Assembly (NCBI GenBank): GCA_036172245.1 | Contig: JAYWIR010000045.1 | Coordinates: 1,364,001-1,428,000 of the forward strand | Length of the DNA stretch: 64,000 nucleotides | Direction: 5' to 3' | DNA from: Raillietiella orientalis | Taxonomy: Eukaryota | Shown: piece by piece, positions 26,501-36,500 of the stretch | Numbering within the stretch: position 1 is the first letter of the stretch | Layout of the letters: every line of letters starts with the position of its first letter | Program-made: the position numbers and the translations under genes | Notes under the pieces: generated by a model | The model's input: only the letters and a program-made list of their open reading frames with translations | Database searches by the model: none | Told to the model about the DNA's origin: nothing

Positions 26501-29500
26501 CTGCCTGGGTGGGTTTGGTTCGTCCTGTGACCCCAGACGGCACACAGACGGCCTACTCTGCTCTCATTTTTTCTTATTCTCGCCGGGGCGCACCCATCGC
26601 GGGGGAACGAAGTGACGAAGGCGCCTCCGCTCGCTCGCCTGGGAGCAGCCACTGCATCAGACTGCAAGGCGTCCAGAGTGACCATGTGATGTGCTGCATT
26701 CCCTCCTCCTGTTCTCGGAGGTGTCGAAAACCTCCTCGCCGAGGCACCTTCGATCGGCACTGCCGCCGCGGGGCTGACCGAAGGAAAAGCACGAGGTGGC
26801 ACCACGCTCGCGCTTGGAGACTCACCGTCCCCGAAAGGCCGGAAACTTCCCGAGCTTTTCCCGGAAACTTCTTCAGCGGCGGCACCGGAACGTTGTCAGT
26901 GTTGTGCGACCTACTGTAATCCCCGTGCCAAACCCGACGCGAGCCCTCTGGCGTTCTCTCCTCCTGAGAGGAGATCCGATTTGGACCCACAGGGTTTCCG
27001 GTGCCCGTCTCTGCCTCTCACCCTTCGATTCTGGACAAAAACATCTTCCCGGCGTGTGAAGCAGAAGGGTTATCGCTTCCGAGAGCGACGGCTTCGTCCA
27101 TCTCTGTTTCTTTCTCTTTTGGGGAACCAAAGCGTAGGAAGCGGAATGCTTTGGAATGCTCTTCCCACGGGTCTCTACACGGGCTGTGCTGACACTCAAA
27201 GACATCCTTCCTCCTTCGACCTCCTCCTCCCCCGATGACCTCTGCCTGCTTTCTAGACCTTTGAGGCTCGGTTTTTCTGCCTCTCTTGCAGGGAAACAAA
27301 GCGGATGAAGCACTATCTCGTTCTCTGCATCCTCCACTTCGGGTGGCTCGTTCGGGAAGGTCCGTGGGACGGCTTTTCTGCATCTTCGGCTGCTCTTGGG
27401 GACTCAGGGATCGCATTCGACTGAGGATGGGGCTCTTCTGCTCCCCGCTGGTTCAGTGTCTCTCGCCAAGTTACTCTTTTCGTGATATGTAAAAGGACGG
27501 TTTTCGTGCTAGAAGGGGGCGGCCCACCGTTGAGGTGACGACTGTAGACACCCATCTTTTGGAGTCGACCAACCACGGTAGCACCTCCGTCCCTCTCCCT
27601 CTGGGAGCTTTTCTTCTGCACGCAGAGCTTCAAACAGAACAATCCGGAGGGCAAATAAGGAAGGCAGGATTCAGATCAAAGTCCAGGTTGAGGATTCCGG
27701 GAGAAGAACTGGACGGACTCCAGGATCCGTGCTGCGGCAACCCCGGAAAGATGGAGACCTGCAAGTCTGCAGACTCCTTCCGTTTTGATTCACAACTTTG
27801 TCAAAAAAAAAAAAAGGCGGACGCTGGCGAGAATCTTTGACTCCTGGTTCCCACTACACGGTTTTCCGATCAAGGGAGAGATGCCGAACTCCTGGTCTTC
27901 TCCGGCGCTGTCGTTCTGGCCGGTGGTCCTGTGCGTTGGTGCACGCACCGTCCTCTGCTTCGGAGACCTCTGTCTGTGAATGCAAGGGAACCGAGAGTTC
28001 CCTGAGCACCTCGTTGTGCTTCGGATTTCGGGAACCCCGGACAGCCGACCACCAACGCCCTCTTTCTGACGCTGGCGCTCCTCCGGCAGCAGAAGGGAGC
28101 TCCGGCTCCCAGCTGTTTCGCCTTTGATCGTTGCGCTTCCTCCAGAGCCGCCGCCGAGCTCTCGCAGGGTCGCGAGAGAACGTCCATCCGGATGACTCGA
28201 CCCTCCTAGTGGGGAAAAAGACCCTGGCCCAACCCTGCGCCGGCCCGTTCTGGAGACGAAACTTGCTGCTTGCGGTTCTTCCAGCAGACCTTGCGCAGGA
28301 TCCTGCGACCAGCTCAGCGCCAAGAGATAACAGGAGAACCCTCCTCCAAGGTAAGTTCCCTCAGCTGATGAGGGTCGATCGAGCTTTCCGAACGGAGGAC
28401 ACGGACACTCGCGTCTCGCAAGTGTTGCTCCTACTTACTCGTCCGTCCCTTTCAGCGCCTCCTCCACCTCACGGTGGACCACGAAGACTCGGTGTCCGCA
28501 GATCCCGGCGATTGCACTTCTTGCGGCGAAGATGCAAGAGTTTCGGTTTCAGCCGCTGCACGAGTCATCGTCTGCGCACGTACTTGGGCCTTCGCTCCCC
28601 AGTCCACCGAGCATGGGGACTCGGCCGCCTTTCTGGAGCGCCAGGTGAGCGGTCCCTCGAATCTGCGGAGCCAAGGGGGGTCACCTGTAGCTTTCCTTTT
28701 CCCTGCGTCGCTTCTTCGCTTTGGTTGCCAGGTAGCCGTGTCTCTTGGACACGACGGCGATCGAGAACGTGCGTTCATGACTCCTGCCAAGCGGAGCACG
28801 AACACAAGTGCGCACATGAGATCCTATCCTCTCTTCTTCTTGTAGGTGGCACTCGTACATGCATGGAGCGGCGACCGGAGACCCCTGAGCGACCTTGGGT
28901 TTCTAGGAAGCGATTCGACACACGATGCTGACCAGAAAGCGGGAGGAGGGCGGAGGAATCCCCCGCGTGCAGGCTTTGCTTCCTGAGTAGGACGAACTTG
29001 GAGAGAGGAGGGGGAGGAGTAGACCTCACCAGAAACGGAAAGAGGAAGGGGAAGATAGTCCGAACGGTAGTCGTCTGGGAGATGCACCAGGGACATATGG
29101 AATTTCCGGGGTTGTCATAGTATCGCGTGATCCCGGGATGATCGTGGGATTGCAGGTTCCGAACTCCTTGATGGTGTCTCCCGCAGGTTCCCCAGAGTAC
29201 TCTCCTTTTGACTCTCGACGTCAGAGCGGAACAGCATAGGAGAGAACAGGCGAGCTCGACATAGATGCACATCTGCGCTCTCTTCTTCCACCTTCGCTGC
29301 CTAACCTACAAGTCGACCATCCTACTGGCCGTGCCGCACTCGCGACAAATCCCTCCCACAAAGAGAACCGCTAAGGAACACGGGAACCGCCAGTCCCGGG
29401 GAATATGGATGGATGCGAATGCAGCCTCGGATCTCGTTGAGTTAGCGGCCGCTGTAGCCTTGAGGACAGATCGCTGGGAGCTCCGAGGAGTCATCGGGTG

Positions 29501-30290
29501 CCACATCCTAGGGCATTGAGATGCCCTCAGCAATGCGTAACAGTCCGAGACGATGAAGGGGTGATGCTCACCCCCTGAGGACCAGGAAAGAAATCTTGGA
29601 CGGCTTTCGTGATGGAGATCACCGCAGATAAGGGATGACCCTGCGACTGGGGAGTGCTCGGGCGTCCGTGGTGAGAACAGCGACAGGTGCAACAATCAAT
29701 AGGTATGCTAAGAACATGAGAGCCACGAGTGGGAATTCTCCAAGGAGATTCCCAGAGAGTGATTGTGTTCGCCGAAGGAGGACGAAGCAGAGAGTACACG
29801 AGTTTCCTGGAGAGGGAGGAGTCGCTAGCGGGAGTTCAGGGAACGGGACCCCCACCGCTCCCCCTCTCCTTTCCGGACAAATCCGAAAAGCATGCGCGCC
29901 CGCCCTCCGCCGCAGACGCGCGGTTCTTCCGGTTACCCTTGGAACCGGGGAGGGCTCCAAGAGGGAGGAAGGGAGGAAGAAGTCCCTCTCCCCAGTGAAA
30001 CCAAAAGCCGCACCTCGTCCGGGTTCCACCTGGACTGGCTAGAGCTGTCGCACGTGCTCCCACCTCCATCATGGGAGCCGTGAGGAGGTCGACAGTGGCT
30101 CTGGACACGCTGAGCGAGATGCTCCGCCGCCCAGCGGCGCTTTGTCTTGGGCAGCAGCCGCGACTTGCCTTGACGCGCGCGCGACGTGGGTGAGCCAGCG
30201 ACGATCTCGCTCAGAGAGTGGTAGGTCGGAATATTCGATAGGGCCTTAGCACTGATCCACTAACCCTAAGCAACGAGCCTAAGAGCTTAA
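26500..30290 (-). mobile_element. Degenerate LINE 5'/ORF1-like region
   Basis: Zinc-knuckle-like fragments LICGDLHHESR (~29600) and ICRECG (~29340); the RECG segment resembles ~63880. GC-rich with no intact ORF; boundaries uncertain. Confidence 0.35.
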
Positions 30291-30299
30291 GAAGGGGGA

Positions 30300-30640
30300 G
30301 GATTTGGCAAATCAAAAGCTAGACTCATGACTAGTGGGAAAAAAGTGACGTTTGATGATGTTGCTGGAATTGATGAAGCAAAGGAAGAGTTGGTAGAAAT
30401 TGTTGATTTTAAATTGTTGTTTCTTAAACAAAGGCAAAAATTTCAAGTGTTAGATGGAAAAATACTAAAAGGGTGTCTTTTAATTGGCTCCCCTGGAACT
30501 GGTAACACCCTACTCGCTCGTGCAATTGCAGATGAAGCTAATGTGCCGTTCTTTAGCATCTCTGGATCTGACTTTGTCGAAATGTTTGTTGGTGTTGGTG
30601 CAAGCCGTGTGCATGATATGTTTGATCAAAGCAAGAACTC
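30300..30640 (+). pseudogene. ftsH: Bacterial FtsH AAA-protease fragment, Wolbachia-like (candidate nuclear endosymbiont transfer)
   Basis: [106 protein letters not shown] covers the FtsH AAA N-part with Walker A. It is intronless, truncated at both ends, and an AT-rich island within GC-rich flanks. The FtsH identity is firm; the Wolbachia assignment rests on recalled sequence. Confidence 0.93.
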
Positions 30641-31639
30641 GTAAGGACACTGCAGCTCATCCGCGGAGAAGGAAAGTTGGTGGCCCTCCCTACGCTTGCG
30701 TGCTTCTTCCTTGCGCCGCCTTCTGCGCCGTTCCACCTCTCTCTACATCTTCTACACCTCGGGTGGAACATTTCGGACCTCATCCGTTCCGAAAGCACGA
30801 GTCCGCTGCTTCCAGAGTTCGTCATCACGCCATCGGCGGCTTTCTTCTCCCCACCACCGTCTTCCCACTGAAGTCCGACTGCTCTTCCCGCTGGAGAGTC
30901 CTATCCCTGTTTTTCCTCTATCTCTCTTCTGAATCCAGGATTTACTGGCGATTTTTTTCCTCCTCCGCTTCTTTCTCTCTTCTCTCCTTTATTCCTTCTC
31001 CTCTTACATCCCTCCTCCTCCTCCTCCTCCTCTTCTTCCTTGCATGGTACTCGGAAGGAACGCGTCCCTCCAGGACTCTCCGGAGATTTTTCCCTCTTCG
31101 TCGGCGGATCGCGAGGAAGATGCGCCTTCCGTTCTTCAAGTCCCCTCGGCGGACCCGGCAAAAAGTGAGAGCGGCTACGATACATGGAGGCTGGAGGCTT
31201 GGACCTCGATCTCCCAAGAATCTGCTGAAGATCCTGCGGATCGAGGCTCGTTCTTTCGAGCGGGATGGCGGGAGTGGCATTTCTGCAGACTCCTTGCGGT
31301 CTTTCCTCTCCGTTCCTCTCCTGCTCCCGTTTCATTCGGCTCTTCCGGAGGTGCGAGAATCTGCAAAGGACAAGGATCCTATATTACATCTCTTCCTGTC
31401 GGCATTGCATGGGACCCACACGCCGTCTCCTGCACTTTTCGGACTTCTAGCTCTCTCTCTAAGAGGTCAAGTCAAAGAGGTCCTCCCCCAATAGTATCTC
31501 CTCGGCGCCTCAGGTAGGCTGGAAGTGATCTCGATAGGTGCCCATGCTTCCCCTCTTCCCGTTTCCCCTCCCCCCTACTGACAACGTCAATCTCCGTAGC
31601 GATGCCCGCCTCACTCCCTCAGCAGCATGGGCACTCTGT

Positions 31640-33055
31640 GTCCTCTGGATTCAGAACCAGACCATTCGGAACCTCAGGCTTCTTCCTAGCCATCGTCACA
31701 TCACTTATGGAAACGCCCTCTGGGGCACAGGGAGGCCCCGTGTCTGCCTGAAGGACTTGTGCGCTCCGCATCGCGACGGAGGCCTTGGCCTCCTGATGCT
31801 GGAACGCCTGGAGAGGTAGCTCCGGTGGAGGACGCATGCCCTAGTGACGAAGCTTTGCGGCAAGAACTGGGGCGAGTCTGCAAGATACCTGGTCAAGCCA
31901 GCCGCCGGCCACGCGGCACTGTCTTCGTTCCTGGCGCGGCGGCGCAGACGCAACGTGTCCCGCTGCGGACTGAAGCTCCGGCGAGTGGCCATGCTGACCA
32001 GGACCGACAACTGGATCTTCTGCCGACCCGTCAACGGTAGTGCCTACTTGGAGGAAACCGTTCGCACATGGGCCAAGAACAACGGAGCGAGCCTGGAGAT
32101 GCAGCAGCGACTGCTGCACTCCTTTTACAGCAACCGCTCGCTACAGGACGTCATCGTGCAGCTCACCAGTGCGCGTGGGCACAAAGAAACTCCCTAGCCG
32201 CGGCACTGTCCTCACTCAGGGAGCACCGGGGCAGTAAACAGCTGGCCAAACGGTAGGTCAGTTGCGAAATTATTCAGAAGACGAGGGAACTAGGTTGGAC
32301 CACGGTCCAGATCACGGACGCTGCGACTCCAAGTGTATCACCGAAAGGGCCATTGCGCTGGGATGAGCTGCTGGGAATCCCAGAGGAAGCGCTGAAGAAC
32401 AACCGGGCCCTCTCCCTGAAGTGGCAGGAGTCGACGCTTTTGCTGTTGCACTGGGGCCTCCCGTGCAACTCCCGCTAGTCTCATCTGATCCGGGGGGCTG
32501 TAGACCGCAACTGTTGCAGGTGCGGGGAACGGGATCCCAGCTACCGCACCTGCTTGTAGACTGTGTTGCCCTCCGGCCCCTGTGGTTGCACTACGCAACG
32601 ACCCTTGGCTCATCGACGGACAATCCCAGGAACGTGATGAAGCGCCTTTTCGTGCGCGATGCTCTTCCGCCTGCTGCATCCCCAGCAGCTCTTTGCTGCC
32701 AAAGTGGGACTGTGGAGGCCTGGAGCTACGCCAGAGGAGGACGGCGCGACAGGGACGCCATCTGCTTCTCCCTGCGCTTCCTGTGGGCGGCAGCTGGGAC
32801 CCATACTCGGATGGAACTTGCCGACAGCCTGGAAAGGGTGCAGAGGACGCCCTTCAGCACTCGGTGATCCCTTCCTGTGCCCCCCAGAGTTTTTTTTATT
32901 ATTGATTTTTCTTTTTGTTTGCCCCTCCCCCTCTGCTGCCGAGGCGAACCTCGCTGGCCTGCGTGCCGGTTACTCGGCAGGTTACGAGCATTATCGGACA
33001 ATGTAGGGCCGATGGCCCTACACATATATGTTTAGTTTTTATAATGAACGCCCTG
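31640..33055 (+). mobile_element. 5'-truncated degenerate L1/Tx1-like LINE (RT C-terminus, zf-RVT, 3' UTR)
   Basis: LWG..PRVCLKDLCAPHRDGGLGL is the L1-clade lc.pk..GGLGl motif. A frameshifted NCCRCGE..PHLLVDCVALRPLW zinc finger follows; the ORF ends at 32867, then a U-rich tract and a hairpin. Confidence 0.85.
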
Positions 33056-33146
33056 CTGTGATGAACCTTTTCTTCTCTCCCTCTTTGCTCTCTGGAGGTT
33101 TTGGAGGCACACGCACCGAGGAACGCTTCAGCTGCCTTCAGCATTT

Positions 33147-33545
33147 TCACCCGGATATGCCGGGGCATTTATTTAATAATAAAAATACAAGAATTTTCTC
33201 GTGGCGAGCCCATTGGCTCACCACACCAAGACAGCTTGCTTCGTGCCGGTGCGGAACCGGCGAGGTCCATCCTATGCGCGGGGGTGGGAATAAAAAAAAA
33301 CAAAACAAACAAAAAGTTCAGAGAGGGGAGAGGACAAATGTTTTAGGGGTGGGAGGGCGGGGAAGGGATCACTGTGAGCGCGGAACGGTCCTCTAGATCC
33401 TGTTTAGGATCCTCACAAGCTGCGTCCTGTCTGCACCCAAATGGCGCCACTTGCAAATGTTCCTTACAAAAAGGCGTGTCCAATGCAAGGCGTTGCTGCT
33501 GACCTGACGCCTTCTTCTTGTCGCGTTCCAAGCCGCTACGATCCC
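33147..33545 (-). mobile_element. Short 3' end fragment of the same LINE family, convergent with the 31640-33055 copy
   Basis: Same 3' UTR layout as the 25.1-kb and 59.7-kb copies (ccggcgaggtcca motif, A-rich tract on the + strand, ggaagggatc at the ORF end). Confidence 0.65.
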
Positions 33546-36500
33546 TCGAATGCAACAGAGAACTGCCTTCAGCACCGTCAGGGAGCGTCCTGCCCGGCTG
33601 GATGACCGCGCGCGGAGGAGGCGTGGGGGAAGAGGAGACTGCATTGCGCAAGAGTGAAGGAGGATCGTCGCTGCTGGTGTGCGGAACTCCTGCTCGACTT
33701 CCGAGGGGTCTTCCAGACCACGAAAGGGCGCGTGTTTGCGCTGCTACGGAAACAGATCCCGGTCGAGAAGCCAGCTGGAGAGGGAATCCGCCTATGTCTT
33801 TAGGAGCAGCCGCCGGCCTGATCGAGGGGGAGGCGTTGTCTGGAAAAGCGTTCCCTTCTGAAGAGACTGGATTGGGAGCCATCCCTAGGAGAGCACCACT
33901 GAGGAAGCTCGAACTTATTGGCGCCGGGCACGCAGTGAGAATCATTCTGGCAGCAGCAACGACTAAATGTAGAGTACGTGCGAGGGTCCCGGACAGGTGG
34001 TGGATCCCGGAGGGACATGTGTCCTGGATCGCAGCTTCAGTTCGGCGGGGGGGCGAGGGGAGGAAGTGAAGCGTGTCGATGCCTCCGTGGCTGCTGCACT
34101 TGACGTCGGACGCGGATGAGTCCTGAGCTCGTGCCCCTGTGGAGCTCCGGTCGAAGCCGGAGAGGGAGATCGCAGCAGCCTGCAGCGCGCGCGGACCCCA
34201 CGAAAGAGGAGGCTCGGAACCACGGGAAGCGAGGGAGCTTGGAGTCGGGTTGTCGGCCTAGGAAGAGGCGATACAGCTTTGTCCCCCGAACGGAGTTCCC
34301 GCTTGAACGAGGCTGCCCCTTGGGGACGCTTGCTGCCCGAGGCCATGCGCGACCTGTGGAGAGATCGAGTCTCTCCACCAAGTACAATACACGCTTCCTC
34401 TGGGAATGCAGCGCTTCCGAGAGACGGAAAATGGAAATGTGCGCTCGCGGGGATCCGAGGGAACGTTTGTAGTCCACTAGCGGAGGGGGAAGGAAAACGG
34501 GAGCCTCTTCCGGAAAGCGAGGTGTGTGCTGGAGACCTACAGGGTGTGAGACAGGGGCAGAGGTGGAACTCCATCGAGGGAGGGATAAGGACATCTCCCC
34601 GGATCAGATAAGAATCCCTGAGATGGCACGAAGACAGGTCATCAGATCATTCGGCTTTGTTCCCTCCGGTCAAGAAGCCGCCACTCCCTGGAACGCCACC
34701 ATACTCACCGTGGAGTCCACCGCACCGCCTCCTCTGATTCCAGGTCCCGAGTCTCCTCGAGGGCATCTCGGATCCGTGGGTCTGAGTGACCCCGGCGCCT
34801 CGCTCCTACGATGCTTCGCCGCTCCTATGCACAGCGGAGTGGGGTGGGGGTTGTGCGTGCGCGATCAAATCACTTTGTGGGGTTTTTTCTTTTGCTTCTG
34901 GGCGGCAAGAGATCGGCTAGAATGGGACGGCAGGGGTGCTCCTTAGCGTACTGGACGTCCTTGGTCCCCACTCCTGATGCCCGCCTTCACCCTGATGCAA
35001 GAACGAAGGCCGTCTTGTCATCGAAACAGCTTCCCCGTTCCCTTCGGACGCCTGGCTCTTCTTTCCTGTAGATGGCCGACCGGAACAAACCATTTTATAT
35101 GGACGAGGAACCGGTGCTCAACGGGATGAAAGGGAGCGGACCGTGAACTGTTGAGTAGGTGGGGCTGAACGGCGCTAAAAGAGCTGCTCGCTTCACTTCC
35201 CCATAGAGGTCAAAGCATCCCGGTCAGCAGCACTCGTAGTGGGAGAGCGGAGGACCTACCGAGTGGACATGAGTGTTGCCCCAAAGGCGTGGCCGGGAGG
35301 CTCTGCTACGGCACGTCGGCGAGCTGGGAAGCACGAGCACGGGAGTGGTGGTCTCTCGGCTACGCGTCCCCGCGCGCGCGCGTTTTCGTGCTTGCAGCCC
35401 CCAGCCTGCTTCCCACCACTCCCTGGGCGACAGTCGGTCCCAACGGGGAACAACACGCGCTCCCTCCTCCGACGCGGAGAAAGAGGCGTTGTGCTTTGGC
35501 CGTCCCTCAAAGACGCTACTCGGCTCCGTAACCTCTGACATCCGGCATACTTTCCACGATTCCGTTCTATGTGCGTGGGTGCAACGCGTGTGGCTGGTGT
35601 TTCCTCGCGTGGAACGCGCCACCAGCAGTCAGCTGTTCGCGACCTGGGGGAGGGGGGGAGCAGTAACAAACGCGTTCGGGTTGCGAAAATCCCGGACGCG
35701 TCGCTCCTCCCTCCTCCCCCGAGCTTTCAACGACGTCCGCAAACCCGTTGGAGCTCCGCAAGCCCTGGCGCTGTCGTTCCCGCCCGTTCGCCCTCAGTCC
35801 CTCTCTGCAAACTTCCGCGCACTTTGTGTGCGACCTTGATTTCACGTCACTATGGAGCGCAGTTCCGCGTGACTGCTGCGCGGAACGCCCCGAGCGAGGG
35901 CACTTCTGGAGGGCTAGCCACAGCTGCAGTTTTGCGCCCGTTTCCCACGTTTACGGTTATTTCGGTAATGCAGGACCGCGATCTTCAAATCCGTTCCCTG
36001 TTCTCTCCTTTTGTGATTCCAGGTAAAAAGTCTCGTTCCTCCTTAAAAGTAAATGCGTAGTGCGTGCGTCGTCGCCGTTTGTGCGCGCTTCCCCCTTTTT
36101 TTTTTTTTTTTTTTTGTTTTTTGGTTTCCAGCAGCGCCAGGAAGCGCAACGGATTTGTGGAACTCCTTTGCTGGCTTCGGATGCTCTTGCAGCGACGACG
36201 ACCATCTAAGAGCAAGCGAAACACGAGCTTTTGGATGTTGGATACGAATCCGAGCAGGTGAAGAGAAGTCACTCCTGAAAAACGGAAAATGTCGACGCAA
36301 ATGCGGGTGAAGCGCATGAGCGAAGCCTACGCGGAGTTCATGTCTGGCGGCAGAAACCACCCGGGTTGTCGCTTGAACTGATGCTGTAGAATGGTCCACC
36401 CCGCCCCAATCGGGAAAAACGTCCTCACCTCTCCGCGCAGTGCTCCCACCTATGGAAAGCACTGATTGCATCCCAGGCATTGTACCGGGAAAACATAGAA

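Noticed and set aside
30327..30644. Functional FtsH or a mitochondrial AAA-protease exon
   Set aside because: No splice signals recognised, the Walker A lysine is lost, both ends are truncated, and the sequence is bacterial in type.
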